Shown: one piece after another, positions 8,260-18,648 of the stretch
Numbering within the stretch: position 1 is the first letter of the stretch
Layout: each line of letters opens with the position of its first letter
Origin: Treponema sp.
Lineage (GTDB): Bacteria > Spirochaetota > Spirochaetia > Treponematales > Treponemataceae
Assembly (NCBI GenBank): GCA_017961705.1
Contig: JAGCWT010000113.1
Location: 8,681-72,680, forward strand
Length of the DNA stretch: 64,000 nucleotides
Direction: 5' to 3'
Notes under the pieces: generated by a model
Told to the model about the DNA's origin: nothing
What the model saw: the letters and a program-made list of their open reading frames with translations, nothing else
The model's database searches: none
Program-made: the position numbers and the translations under genes

Positions 8260-11200
8260 TTAATTTGAGTTAAATGGAACTGATAAAACGTCATCGCCAG
8301 GCCATATGGTATCGTTTATTCTACTATTGGCTAGGATAGTTACACCAGCAGCTATATGACAAAGATTTGAAGTTGCAGTAGATTCACTAGTTGTATTTCC
8401 TGTATCTTTAGTAGTGGAATTTAATGCAAGTTTTACAGTTCCTTCAGAAACGCAAATACCACCGCCACGTCCAGAGTTTGATGCTCTATTATCATATATT
8501 TTTACAGGATTTTCCATTGTTAATATACTGGAGGTCTCGGTACGATCCAAAACATAAATTCCGCCTCCATCTCCTGCCCAGGAACTGTTTTCATATATTT
8601 CTGTATTGCCCCTTAAGTTAATTGTAGCTCCGAAACAATAAATTCCGCCTCCATTTCCATAGCTTTGGGCAGAGTTGTGATGAATTTTACAGTTTGTTAG
8701 TGTTACTTCCCCTCCTCTGCTGTAAATGGCGCCTCCTGATGATTGGGTATTATCACAATAGGATATTTCTGCACCTGTTAATTCAATAGTACCAAGGCTA
8801 TTATAAATTCCTGAGCGTCCGCCAGATGTATTATTGTCGCAGTTTTTAATAAGAAGATTTTCGGTTGACTTTAGGGTTGCACCAGATTGTACAGTAATAC
8901 CAGCTGCATAAGCTTCGTCACTTGATACATATTTTCCACTGCCGTTCATGACTGTACTGTTGTTTAAGGTTAAGTCATGGCCAGCTACGTTTATGCCGCC
9001 TTTTAGGCCGGAGAAGTTTATGCTGTCTACTATTACGCCTTCTGCATTAACTTCAATTTGGTAGGCAGATGAGTCGGAACCACCATTTATTGTGCGGCGA
9101 GTTGAGTCTGTGTCGCTTATTATTTTTATGTGTGAAGTTGTTATGCTTAAATTGTCTGAGAGTGTTATGTCTTCGCAGATTTTTATTTCGTATTCGTTTC
9201 CTGCAGTTGCTGCTGATAGAGTGTCTACATGTGCTAGGGCTTCTTCAAGAGTTGAGAAATTACAGTCAGAGCTGCTGCCAACTGTAAAAGATGTGCCGCC
9301 AGATGAGGCTAGTGCGAGGATGCCAGTGTTAGGCGTGGCGGAAGTATTGTATTGTATGCAAAGAGTGTCGTCTTCGAGTTCAAAGTATGTGCATTGTGCT
9401 GCTGTAACTGAGGTTGAAGTATCAGATCCCTTTAGGAGTGCATCACCAATGGTAAAAGATGAATCACTATATGAAAGAGGAATTTCGCTAGTTCCGGAAA
9501 GGGCAAAATCGTTAGCTAAATAAAGAGGATTTGTATTTAAATAAATTCCGTCTGCAAAATAAGTAGAACCAGAAAGGGTTAATTTTCCTGCTGCATACAC
9601 GCCATTTCCTTTGCCGCTAGCCGTATTGCCGGAAATGTCTGTGCAGGAGTCTACCATAAGAAATCTTCCTGATGTAATAGAAATTCCGCCACCATCTGCA
9701 TTAGAAGAATTGTTTTTGATTTTTGTAGTTGCTACAGAGCTTGCAGCCTCTTGTGTTGAATAAATCTGCAAGCCACCGCCTTGACCAGCAGCTTTATTAA
9801 ATAATATTTCACTATCGCAAATTCCTACAGTGGCACTAGGTTTAGACGCATTGATTGCACCCCCTGCGCTTCCTGCATAGTTGCCATTTATTTTTGAATC
9901 AATGGCTGTAAGTGATGAGTAGGCATCAAGAAGAATACCGCCTCCGGCACCTTCAGAATAATTTCCTCCGGCTTCAATGCAGGTGTCCTTGTCTTCACTG
10001 GCTACACTTGTGGGACTTTCAACTCCAATAGTACAGTTGTCCATGTTTATATTTGCCGCTACTGTTGAAGTACCAACTGCGTGGATGGCACCACCTTCGT
10101 TTGATGCGTAATTTTTGGAAAGCACGCAATTGGTTAGGTTTAGAGTACCTTTTGAATAAATGGCACCTCCGTAACCTGCCATACAATTGGTTATGTTGCA
10201 ATTTGTTAAAGTTACGGTTCCTTCCGAATAAATGGCTCCACCAGGCCCACCAGAGGCAACGCATAGGTTAAAATCAAAATCTGTAGCTTTAAATGTTGCA
10301 CCGCTTGCTGTAAAAACGGCGCCTCCGCAATAGTTAGAGTCAACAACATTACCAATACATATACTAAATTCACCATTTCCCATTATGACTGTGCCGCTTT
10401 CAACTTTAAATCCCGCCATTTGAGAAAAATTTATGTCTGTAAAGTTTATGTCTGCAGTGCTTGTAAGTGAGTGTGAATCTCCGTTTACAGTACGCTTTGT
10501 ACCGTCATCAGCATCAGTTATTATCTCTGTTTTTTTTGTAAGTGCTATGTTTGAAGTTTCTGTTGTATTTGTTTGCAGGATAATTCTGAATCCATCCGCA
10601 GGTGTTGCGGTTGAGTTGGTTACTAGGTTTGCAGCTTGGCCTAGGGTTTTTACGGGGCTAAAGATGCTGCCTGTTCCTGTGGCAGTGCCGTTTGTGCCGT
10701 GAACATAGAAGGTTGTGAGTTGCGTGGAGCTTAAATGGCTTGCTTCTAGCTTTATTTCGCCGGATGATGAGTCAATGTAGAGTTCATCTCCGTAGAATTT
10801 GTTTGTTTCAAAGCCTTTGTAGACATTTACGATTTGTTCCAAGTAGTAGATGGTTTGGCCACTTGAGTCTTTAAAATAAACGGTGAGCTTGTGGGGGCCA
10901 AGGGGTACAGATGATCTTGCGTATGTAAATGTTTTGTAACTACCGGAAGTTATAAAGGATGAGTTATTTACGCTGACTGTAGCGGTGTCAAATCCTACCA
11001 TTTTTGCTGCTATGGAATTAACGGGAATAGAGTCCGCGTAGCTTATTTTTAGATTAACAGTTCCCGTGCCGGAAGCGGGGGTGGTTGGGTATTTTAGAAG
11101 AAAGTTTTTGCCACTGTCGTTTGCTGCGTCTATGGTTGCCGAGGCGCTTAGGAATACGGTGCCGCCAGACAGGGCTTCTGCTGTTACGGTCCAGTTGCCG

Positions 11201-11520
11201 CTTGACGGAAAAGAAAGGCTGTATGTTATGTTGGAGGAATCAGAGTCGTCTACCGTTCCGTTTGTTGTTTCGCTGCCTTTTTGGGCGGTTACTCTATAGG
11301 TAAAAGATTCTGGAACTGTTGGAAAGGCGGTTCTTGCAGACTGTGTGCCTGAACTTGCAGAAGGTAGTGCACCGTTTACGATTAGTCTTCCAGAAAGGGT
11401 TGCACATGTGGTGTGGGTTGTGCTTTCCCTTTGTTCATCTGGTGCAGACGCGATGTTTGAGCAGGCCGCAAGGGTAAGAGAAGCTGTGAAAAAGAAAATC
11501 CTTAAAAACTTTTTTAACAT
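8260..11520 (-). CDS. Large surface lipoprotein with Pmp-like GGAI/GGGI beta-helix repeats
   Basis: Lipobox LAAC; GGAIYS, GGAIHA and GGGIY repeats; FYVHGTNGTATGTGSIFSPVKTL. Confidence 0.88.
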   Translation of the reverse strand: MLKKFLRIFFFTASLTLAACSNIASAPDEQRESTTHTTCATLSGRLIVNGALPSASSGTQSARTAFPTVPESFTYRVTAQKGSETTNGTVDDSDSSNITYSLSFPSSGNWTVTAEALSGGTVFLSASATIDAANDSGKNFLLKYPTTPASGTGTVNLKISYADSIPVNSIAAKMVGFDTATVSVNNSSFITSGSYKTFTYARSSVPLGPHKLTVYFKDSSGQTIYYLEQIVNVYKGFETNKFYGDELYIDSSSGEIKLEASHLSSTQLTTFYVHGTNGTATGTGSIFSPVKTLGQAANLVTNSTATPADGFRIILQTNTTETSNIALTKKTEIITDADDGTKRTVNGDSHSLTSTADINFTDINFSQMAGFKVESGTVIMGNGEFSICIGNVVDSNYCGGAVFTASGATFKATDFDFNLCVASGGPGGAIYSEGTVTLTNCNITNCMAGYGGAIYSKGTLNLTNCVLSKNYASNEGGAIHAVGTSTVAANINMDNCTIGVESPTSVASEDKDTCIEAGGNYSEGAGGGILLDAYSSLTAIDSKINGNYAGSAGGAINASKPSATVGICDSEILFNKAAGQGGGLQIYSTQEAASSVATTKIKNNSSNADGGGISITSGRFLMVDSCTDISGNTASGKGNGVYAAGKLTLSGSTYFADGIYLNTNPLYLANDFALSGTSEIPLSYSDSSFTIGDALLKGSDTSTSVTAAQCTYFELEDDTLCIQYNTSATPNTGILALASSGGTSFTVGSSSDCNFSTLEEALAHVDTLSAATAGNEYEIKICEDITLSDNLSITTSHIKIISDTDSTRRTINGGSDSSAYQIEVNAEGVIVDSINFSGLKGGINVAGHDLTLNNSTVMNGSGKYVSSDEAYAAGITVQSGATLKSTENLLIKNCDNNTSGGRSGIYNSLGTIELTGAEISYCDNTQSSGGAIYSRGGEVTLTNCKIHHNSAQSYGNGGGIYCFGATINLRGNTEIYENSSWAGDGGGIYVLDRTETSSILTMENPVKIYDNRASNSGRGGGICVSEGTVKLALNSTTKDTGNTTSESTATSNLCHIAAGVTILANSRINDTIWPGDDVLSVPFNSN

Positions 11521-11532
11521 CTTTTTTACCCT

Positions 11533-13911
11533 CTAGGTTTTATTAACCACCATCTCGCAGGAATATCTTGTTCCATTGAAGGTTACAAAGATAACAATTA
11601 CGTAACTTCCTGCCGGATAGGCAGCTGGGAATGTTAGTTGTAGCGGAGTTGTAGCTGCTGGTACTGCTGCAGGTGTTGGCGCCGCTGTTGGAGATGCATG
11701 GCGGTAGTCATATTCGTAATAGGCCTTTATGTCCCAGTCGGTGAATTTTGTTGGCTCGTCTGTTGGGGTAACAGTTGTGCCGTTTTCGAGGGTTCCGGTT
11801 GCGGATATTGTTATTGTTGTATCTCCAATTGATGCTATTGAAGTAGGAGTTGGTTGTAGCATAAGCTTTCCGTCTGGGGTGTAGACGGAGATGCTTCCAC
11901 CGGAAACGGCAAGGGCGGCTTCCCCTTCTGCTGTTTTTATGACTCCGAAAGCGTCGGAACTCGTAAAATATGTTGAAGGGGCTGCGGTGTTACCTGATGA
12001 TGTATAGCCATCTGTAAATACGCGAGGGGTTCCGGGGCTTGGGCTGTCTAGTATTAGGTTTGTAAGTTTAATTGTGTTGTTGCTGCTACCTGCCATGTTG
12101 CCGTCAATAGTGAGTATACTGCTAGTACCTAAATTAAAAGTGAGGCCGATAACTTTTCCTTTGATAGTTACGTCACCTGAATTTATAACGTTGTTGTTTG
12201 AGGAAGTAACGTTTTTAAGCGTTACCTTGGCAGTAACTACTTCTTGTCCGTCTGCTTTTGCAAGGACTACGTTCTCCAGCACTTTGTTGGCGCCAACTAT
12301 TTTTTTGTTGGTATCGCTTCCTGCAATGGTTGCATTTTTTACTACACAGCCATTACCGATGCTTAGTTTAACATCTGTGAGCGTATGGTTTTGGCAGTTA
12401 ATACAATCTGTTGAGAATATATTTGTATCGGGTTGTTCGGGACCAAGGTCGTTTAGTACTAAAATGGTTCTGACGGCTCCACCTGCATCTGTGAGCGATG
12501 GTAAATTCTCATCAGCATATTTTATTGTTTTATACGGATTCTCTATAGTTCCATTTCCAGGGGCATCGACTCCTGTTGATTTGACGTATACTTTTGTGGC
12601 TATTACTTGTACCGAGAATGTGGTTATGCTTTGTGTATAGCCGGCCTTTGTGGCGGTACATGCTATTGTGTAGGTTCCAGGTGCAAGGTTAAGGTTACGG
12701 TCGGAAGTTGTAGTGCCTGTGTCTATTTCAGAGCCTGCGTCGTTTGTAACCGTATAAGCTACAGTAACACCGCTTACCGATTTGCTGATTCCGCTTGCCG
12801 TACAGGCAGTTGTTGGGACTTTTATTTTTACCTTTGCATAAGAAGAGTCTTCTTCCTGCCCCAGTTTGATGATTGCTGGTGGTGTTGGTGTATAAATGTC
12901 GGAAGCACCGCTATGGTCTGTTCCGGAAGAATCTGCAAGCTTTACGTCTGCAATTCTGTAGGAGTTTGCGGCAGTGGTAGCAGATGACGTAAGTCCTGCT
13001 TCGTCTATAAGAGAGATTGTGTAGGCTCTGTCTGTGGTAACAGGGTCGCTGGTTTCGTAGTAGAAAGAAGTTCCGCCTGTATTAAAATAGGGCTGTCCGT
13101 TTGGTTGAACATCAGTTCTTGTAGCTACAGCGGCTTGTTGCAAAGGAATAGTAGGAGCATAAGAGAACATTGAAGAACCGCCAGGGAGTAAAGTAATGGG
13201 GATAGAAGTTTCACCTATCTTAAGATATTTCAAATCAAAATTAGTTGGCGGAGCGGACATAGAAATCGTAAAGGCTACGACGTATGTTTTGGCACCTGAT
13301 GTAGCATCTGTTTTTGTGTATGTAACTGCATCTTTAATTACTGGTGGCACAGAGTTGCAGTAGAGCGGGAGCGTAAAGGAAGGAAAATTTGTTCCTGTTT
13401 TTGGGTGGGAAAGGTCTATGCGAACGCTGATGTTTTTGGAAAGCTTTGGAGCGAGTGCACCTACTTTTCCCGGGTCTGCATTTTGCAAAAATGATGCAGG
13501 ATATGTTAACTCCCATTCCGTTGAAGAAGTCATGTTCAGCGAAATTGAATCTGCACCTGGAAGGGAGGCGATTGCGGAATCTACAAGGTGGTAGGACATG
13601 TTTGAGCCGAGCGTAAAGTCAAAATTATTGGGGTTTCTTAGCTGGAGCTTTACAATAATGTCGCTTCCAGAGCCTACGCAGGTGTTGCCGTTTGCATCTT
13701 TTGCGGTTGGGGCAGGGACAAGGGTTCCGCTGTTGTTTACAAAGATTTTAAATCCAACTATTTGTGAACCGTCGGACAGGTTTTCAAAGTATTCGCGGAC
13801 GGGTTCGTTTATGGCATCGGAAATTTGAGAACAGGAATTTATGCAAAGCGGGAAAGCAATGCCCAAAAAAGAGAAAAATGCTACTCGTCTAAAAAAACGA
13901 CTGAATCTCAT
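11533..13911 (-). CDS. Large Thr/Ser/Pro-rich surface lipoprotein
   Basis: Likely start MRFSRFF (ATG 13911, GGGAG RBS); INSC lipobox; YVKSTGVDAPGNGTIENPYKTI beta-helix cap motif. Confidence 0.8.
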   Translation of the reverse strand: MRFSRFFRRVAFFSFLGIAFPLCINSCSQISDAINEPVREYFENLSDGSQIVGFKIFVNNSGTLVPAPTAKDANGNTCVGSGSDIIVKLQLRNPNNFDFTLGSNMSYHLVDSAIASLPGADSISLNMTSSTEWELTYPASFLQNADPGKVGALAPKLSKNISVRIDLSHPKTGTNFPSFTLPLYCNSVPPVIKDAVTYTKTDATSGAKTYVVAFTISMSAPPTNFDLKYLKIGETSIPITLLPGGSSMFSYAPTIPLQQAAVATRTDVQPNGQPYFNTGGTSFYYETSDPVTTDRAYTISLIDEAGLTSSATTAANSYRIADVKLADSSGTDHSGASDIYTPTPPAIIKLGQEEDSSYAKVKIKVPTTACTASGISKSVSGVTVAYTVTNDAGSEIDTGTTTSDRNLNLAPGTYTIACTATKAGYTQSITTFSVQVIATKVYVKSTGVDAPGNGTIENPYKTIKYADENLPSLTDAGGAVRTILVLNDLGPEQPDTNIFSTDCINCQNHTLTDVKLSIGNGCVVKNATIAGSDTNKKIVGANKVLENVVLAKADGQEVVTAKVTLKNVTSSNNNVINSGDVTIKGKVIGLTFNLGTSSILTIDGNMAGSSNNTIKLTNLILDSPSPGTPRVFTDGYTSSGNTAAPSTYFTSSDAFGVIKTAEGEAALAVSGGSISVYTPDGKLMLQPTPTSIASIGDTTITISATGTLENGTTVTPTDEPTKFTDWDIKAYYEYDYRHASPTAAPTPAAVPAATTPLQLTFPAAYPAGSYVIVIFVTFNGTRYSCEMVVNKT

Positions 13912-14067
13912 AAACTCCCACTTTATCCTAGCACCAACCCATTTCCTTGTATTATAAGGCATTTTAAATTTTATTTCAACATTTTTTGTGCTTTTTGTTG
14001 ATTATCGGGTCTAGCCTACACGTTTTGTTTGTATAAATTTATCGGCAGGGGGGTGGGAAATTTTCAG

Positions 14068-14221
14068 AGGAACCTACGCCGCCATGGAGGGGCCCGCGAA
14101 GCGGGTTGCGGAGCAATGGAGCGGGTAGGGCCCCGCGGAACCCCGGAACGGCGGTGGCGCAGAGGCATGTTCGGTCGAGTTAGAGGAAGAATGTATGGTA
14201 GAGCGGAGTAGGGTACCGTCC
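14068..14221 (+). repeat. ~155-bp structured repeat, type-1 core (left inverted copy)
   Basis: AGGAACCTACGCCGCCATGGAGGGGCCCGCGAAGCGGGTTGC..GCAATGGAGCGGGTAGGGCCCCGCGGAACCCCGGAACGGCGGTG, near-identical to the reverse complement of 17240-17393. Confidence 0.9.
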
Positions 14222-14250
14222 TAATGAAGAGGAAGAGTGGATGGGTGGAC

Positions 14251-14371
14251 AGATCCTGAAACAAGTTCAGGATGACGGACTTCGTTTAGGATGACGGACT
14301 TCGTGCCCTTCGACCCCTTCGAGAGCCTCAGGGACCGTACTGGGACCGCCCTTCGAGAACCTCAGGGACCG
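14251..14371. repeat. Cluster of short palindromic repeats
   Basis: AGATCCTGAAACAAGTTCAGGATGAC, tandem AGGATGACGGACTTCGT x2, and CCCTTCGAGA(G/A)CCTCAGGGACCG x2 (14315-14337, 14349-14371). Confidence 0.8.
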
Positions 14372-14377
14372 TCCGGT

Positions 14378-15736
14378 TTAGAATTCGCGCTGGAAGACTA
14401 GTTTTCCGGCAAGGAAGGTGGCTTCTACGCGGCCGGTGAGTTTTTTTTCTTCTAGCGGGGTGAATTTTCCTTTGCTGGCAAAGTCTTTTCCGCGGACAGT
14501 CCAGGTTTTGTCCGGGTCTACAAGGGTCATGTCTGCTTCGTATCCGGGTGCAATGAGTCCGCGTTTTTTTAGCCCAAGTAGTTCGGCTGGTTTTGCAGAC
14601 ATTAGGGCAGACAGCTGTTTTAGGGTGAAGGCGTTTTCTTTTACAAGGGTTGTGTTGCATACTGCAAAGGCTGTTTCCAGTCCGCTGAATCCCGGGGATC
14701 CTTCTGCTTTGTCTTGCATTGTGTGCGGTGCGTGGTCAGTTGCAATTACGTCTGCGTCTCCTTTTTTTAGTGCCTGTATAAGAAACTGCCTGTCGGCTTC
14801 GCTTCTTAGCGGCGGGTTTACTATGTTAAAGAGGTTTTCGCCTTTGGAGGAAAGTCCTATGTGGTGGGGGGTTACTTCGCACGTTACGTTTACCCCGCGT
14901 TTTTTTGCGCTGATTACGGCTTTAAGGCTTTCTTCTGTGCTTACGTGGCAGAGGTGTATGTGGCAACCTGCAAGTTCTGCCAGGCGGATGTTGCGGTAGG
15001 TGGCTGCGTCTTCTGCGGCGGCAAGCAAAGAGTCTGCTTCTTTTAGGTAGGCGGCGGCTTCTTTTTTTTCTTCTGCAGACGGCTCTTGTGCTAAAGGATT
15101 GCCTTTGTTTTTCTTTAGCAGTTCAAGGGCGGCTTTGCGCAAGGGGCGGGCGGCTTGGGCAAGGAAGGGGTCTTCGCTGTGGCAGCTTACGATAAGGCCT
15201 TTTTTGGCGGCGGTTTTCATTGCGCTTAGCATTACGCTGCTGTCCGTTACTTCGTGGCCGTCTTCTGTTATTAGGGGAACTTGGGTCTTTTTTAGCTGGT
15301 CAAGGTGGCTTATGGTTTTTCCGTCAAAGCGGGATGTTATGCTTACGCTTTGGATTACGTGGGCAAGGCCTGTTTCTTCTGCTTTTTGGTTGTTGGCAAG
15401 GGCTTCTTTTTGCGAAGAGACAACCGGGGACGTGTTTGGCATAAGGACAAGGGTTCCAAATCCTCCTGCGGCGGCGGCACGGCATCCGGAAACAATGTCT
15501 TCTTTTTGCGTTAGGCCAGGGTCGCGGAAGTGGGCGTGCATGTCTATGAAGCTTGGCATTAGGGTTAGGTCTTTTGCGTCAAAAGCGGGGATGGAAGGGT
15601 CGGCAAGCAGCTTTTTTAGCTCTGTTGATGAGGGCATGGAGTGGATTTTGCCGTTTTTTACCAGGATTGCTCCCTTTTTGTCTGTACGGGCATCAACAAT
15701 GTGTGCGTTGTAAATTAAAAGCTGCTTGGCTGCCAT
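14378..15736 (-). CDS. pyrC: Dihydroorotase (class I)
   Basis: DMHAHFRDPG, MPNT, HSED, HLCHVST, NPPLR, TDHAPH; start MAAKQ overlaps the pyrI stop (TAATG). Confidence 0.95.
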   Translation of the reverse strand: MAAKQLLIYNAHIVDARTDKKGAILVKNGKIHSMPSSTELKKLLADPSIPAFDAKDLTLMPSFIDMHAHFRDPGLTQKEDIVSGCRAAAAGGFGTLVLMPNTSPVVSSQKEALANNQKAEETGLAHVIQSVSITSRFDGKTISHLDQLKKTQVPLITEDGHEVTDSSVMLSAMKTAAKKGLIVSCHSEDPFLAQAARPLRKAALELLKKNKGNPLAQEPSAEEKKEAAAYLKEADSLLAAAEDAATYRNIRLAELAGCHIHLCHVSTEESLKAVISAKKRGVNVTCEVTPHHIGLSSKGENLFNIVNPPLRSEADRQFLIQALKKGDADVIATDHAPHTMQDKAEGSPGFSGLETAFAVCNTTLVKENAFTLKQLSALMSAKPAELLGLKKRGLIAPGYEADMTLVDPDKTWTVRGKDFASKGKFTPLEEKKLTGRVEATFLAGKLVFQREF

Positions 15737-16176
15737 TAGTCTTCTCCTACGGTTCCTGCGGTGTAGAGGGCATCGCAATAGATGCAGCGGTACTGCTTAA
15801 GGTTCTTGTCCACCAGGCGGAATTCCTGGGGAACGTAATGTTCTGTTATTGTGATGCAGCGGGGGTTCTTGCAGTGGATTACGTTTTCCACTTTTTCCGG
15901 CAGCTCCATCTTTATTTTGCGGACAATCTGGCCGTCTTGGATTACGTTTACGGTTATGTTGGGGTCTATGAAACCAAGCACGCTGTAGTCAATGTTCAGG
16001 ATGTTGTCTATTTTGATTATGTCTTTGGTTCCGGTTTTCTTGGAAATGGCGTTTACGATTAGCGCACAGGTGAATTTGGCTTCGTCCAGGCCAAGCCACT
16101 TGAATACTTTCCAGCCAAGTCCTGCCTGAATGTGGTCAATTACCAGTCCGTTTTTTATTTCGGCTATATTAATCAT
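15736..16176 (-). CDS. pyrI: Aspartate carbamoyltransferase regulatory chain
   Basis: [24 protein letters not shown]...YRCIYCD zinc site. Confidence 0.95.
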   Translation of the reverse strand: MINIAEIKNGLVIDHIQAGLGWKVFKWLGLDEAKFTCALIVNAISKKTGTKDIIKIDNILNIDYSVLGFIDPNITVNVIQDGQIVRKIKMELPEKVENVIHCKNPRCITITEHYVPQEFRLVDKNLKQYRCIYCDALYTAGTVGED

Positions 16177-16229
16177 TCTGTTTTCTCCTATTATCCGGCA
16201 TTTGCTTTATAAGGCATCTGCTTTCTTGC

Positions 16230-17153
16230 TTACAGGCAGCCGGTCAGCTTAGACATTAGGGCCATGCGGGCGTACATTCCAAATTTTACCTGTTTAAAGT
16301 AGGCGGCTCTTGGGTCTTCGTCCACTTCCGGGGCAATTTCGTTTACGCGGGGAAGGGGGTGCAGGACAATCATGTCTTTGCGGGCAAGGCTCATCTTTGC
16401 TTTGTCCAGAATGTAGCTGTCCTTTAGGCGGATGTAGTCCTGTTCGTTAAAGAAGCGTTCCTTTTGTACGCGGGTCATGTAGAGGATGTCCAGGTCACCG
16501 ATAACGTTTTCCAGGCGCTCTGCCGTTGTAAATTCAACACCAGCGGGCTGCAATACAGACTTTACGTAGTATTCGGGAAGCTCCAGTTCCTTGGGGCTTA
16601 TAAAGACGAACTTGTTCTTGGGGTAGAGGCACATTGCCTTTGCAAGAGAGTGGACCGTGCGGCCAAACTTTAGGTCTCCGCAGAAGCCTATTGTGTGGCC
16701 TTCCAGCGTACCCTGCAACATGCGGATTGTGGTAAGGTCTGTAAGGGTCTGCGTTGGGTGGTAGTGTCCGCCGTCTCCAGCGTTGATTACCGGACATGCG
16801 CTGAACTGGGATGCCAAAAGTGCGGCTCCTTCTTTTGGTGAGCGCATGGCTATTACGTCTACATAGGAACTTACTACGCGGATTGTGTCTGCAAGGGTTT
16901 CTCCCTTTGTGGAAGATGTGTAGCTTGCGTCTGCAAAGCCTTCTACTGTTCCGCCCAAATGCAGCATTGCCGCTTCAAAAGAAAGGCGGGTTCTGGTACT
17001 TGGCTCAAAAAAAAGTGTCGCAAGAATTTTCCCGCGGCACACATCTTGAAAAGAAACAGGATCTACTAAAATCTGTTCTGCCAAAGAACAAATCTCATCA
17101 ATTTCTGAAACACTTAAATCTCCGGGTTCTATAATATGCCTGCCTTTTAACAT
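16230..17153 (-). CDS. pyrB: Aspartate carbamoyltransferase catalytic chain
   Basis: [47 protein letters not shown]. Confidence 0.97.
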   Translation of the reverse strand: MLKGRHIIEPGDLSVSEIDEICSLAEQILVDPVSFQDVCRGKILATLFFEPSTRTRLSFEAAMLHLGGTVEGFADASYTSSTKGETLADTIRVVSSYVDVIAMRSPKEGAALLASQFSACPVINAGDGGHYHPTQTLTDLTTIRMLQGTLEGHTIGFCGDLKFGRTVHSLAKAMCLYPKNKFVFISPKELELPEYYVKSVLQPAGVEFTTAERLENVIGDLDILYMTRVQKERFFNEQDYIRLKDSYILDKAKMSLARKDMIVLHPLPRVNEIAPEVDEDPRAAYFKQVKFGMYARMALMSKLTGCL

Positions 17154-17194
17154 ACCGGGGCTACCTCCTATTTCCTGTCAAACCGATTTTGCAG

Positions 17195-17223
17195 ATTATA
17201 GCGCAAATTGCGGACAGGTTCAA
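17195..17223 (-). promoter_or_regulatory. pyrBIC sigma70 promoter
   Basis: TTGAAC-17 nt-TATAAT on the minus strand; AGGAGG RBS downstream. Confidence 0.7.
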
Positions 17224-17239
17224 GGATTTGGAATTTTCT

Positions 17240-17393
17240 GGACGGTGCTTTTTTATGTTCTACCATTCATTTTTTGGCTAATTCGACAGAAGGTGCCTCT
17301 GCGTCACCGCCGTTCCGGGGTTCCGCGGGGCCCTACCCGCTCCATTGCTGTGCAACCCGCTTCGCGGGCCCCTCCATGGCGGCGTAGGTTCCT
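17240..17393 (-). repeat. ~155-bp structured repeat, type-1 core (right inverted copy)
   Basis: Reverse complement of 14068-14221; begins at the TAG stop of the upstream gene. Confidence 0.9.
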
Positions 17394-18099
17394 AATCAGC
17401 AATAAACGTTAATCCCAAAGAAATGCGCCTCATGTTTTTGCCAAAGAAATTTGCATCCGTATAAGAAGCATAAAAATTAGCTGCGTTTTTAAGGTTAAAG
17501 TTAAGGCTGCAGGAAGGTGCCGCATACCATTCATTGTCAAAATATCCAGCCTTAATTCCCGCGTTTAAGGATATTGGTTCATAGCCAAGCACCAGGTAGG
17601 AACTTGCATTTGGGCCAACTTTGAATGCCCACCTTCCAACGCAAAAGTCACAGGCTACCCCAAGCTTAATGGCCGTATAAAAGTTGTCGCCAAAGTAGAG
17701 TGCCATTGTCATGTTTGCCGGATGGCTTATTCCAAAATAGTTTCCGTAAGAGCCGTCGTCATCCTGCTTACGGTAGTAAACCAGTTCTCCTGCGCCAACC
17801 ACAAATCCTGCTGCGGAAAAAAGTGTATAATATGGAACCGTAAGAATACATTCAAGAATATCCGAACGTACTTCTTTCATATAAAGAAGCATGCTTTTTG
17901 TATTTACGGGTAACCAATATAGCCCATATGAGTAATCAAAAAAGATGTTCCCTTTTATACTGGCATTTTTTTCCCTGCCGCCATCTTTTTCCTCTGCATC
18001 AGGCACTTCCTCACTAACTGGCACGCTTTCCTGACTGGTCTGGCAATAGAGCGGCAAAGCTAGGGCAAAGAAAATGGCAAAAACAAACACTTTTTTCAT
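17392..18099 (-). CDS. Exported hypothetical protein, possibly outer-membrane beta-stranded
   Basis: Signal peptide MKKVFVFAIFFALALPLYC; alternating aromatic/Gly strands and terminal ISLGLTF. Confidence 0.6.
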   Translation of the reverse strand: MKKVFVFAIFFALALPLYCQTSQESVPVSEEVPDAEEKDGGREKNASIKGNIFFDYSYGLYWLPVNTKSMLLYMKEVRSDILECILTVPYYTLFSAAGFVVGAGELVYYRKQDDDGSYGNYFGISHPANMTMALYFGDNFYTAIKLGVACDFCVGRWAFKVGPNASSYLVLGYEPISLNAGIKAGYFDNEWYAAPSCSLNFNLKNAANFYASYTDANFFGKNMRRISLGLTFIAD

Positions 18100-18171
18100 A
18101 ATCCGGCATATTATATAGAAAACTCATACGCACAGCAATTATTCCAACCTTGCATTATTGCGCAAAAGGAA

Positions 18172-18645
18172 CTATGATTTTGTAAAGTCCAATAAATCCG
18201 AATAATCACCGGCATCAGCTTTTCTTAGCGCTGCGATGTATCGTGTTTTTATTTCTGAAACATTCACGAGATTCTCGTTTCCCCAATAAAGAGCTTTGCC
18301 TTCGAGCTGAAAAGAAGTCAAGTCTGCCATAATGCGCGAAACTCTTCCGTTACCATTGGGAAAAGGATGGATTTGTACAAGTCTGTGGTGAAGCCTTACT
18401 GTTTCACGGTATTTTCCTGCCCATTTCCACACATTTCCGAACATCTTTTTGTGAAGGTTCCTTAAAAACGAATCAGATAAAACGTCTTTATTTTTGTTCG
18501 TTGCAAGCCAAATCTGCGCCTCGGCAATATTTCGTGCTTCTGCCTCGTTAAGTTCGGAGCGTAGAGTTATCCATTTTAGTTTTAGCCCGTCTTTTTCTTC
18601 TGTGGTAAGCGGTGTTGAATTGTCGTCTGCTTCAAATATGTCCAT
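18172..18645 (-). CDS. Fic-domain mobile mystery protein B, apparently with an internal in-frame deletion
   Basis: TPLTTEEKDGL, ELNEAEARNI, LHKKMFGNVWKWAGKYR, HPFPNGNGRVSR, YIAALRKAD. Confidence 0.85.
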   Translation of the reverse strand: MDIFEADDNSTPLTTEEKDGLKLKWITLRSELNEAEARNIAEAQIWLATNKNKDVLSDSFLRNLHKKMFGNVWKWAGKYRETVRLHHRLVQIHPFPNGNGRVSRIMADLTSFQLEGKALYWGNENLVNVSEIKTRYIAALRKADAGDYSDLLDFTKS

Positions 18646-18648
18646 GCG

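Noticed and set aside
14251-14371. Short repeated units resembling a mini CRISPR array
   Set aside because: Only two copies of each unit, irregular short spacers, no cas genes; they fit palindromic REP-like repeats.
17154-17240. PyrR attenuator or riboswitch ahead of pyrB
   Set aside because: The predicted leader is only ~35 nt with no PyrR-binding loop or terminator; the nearby structure is a repeat copy upstream of the promoter.
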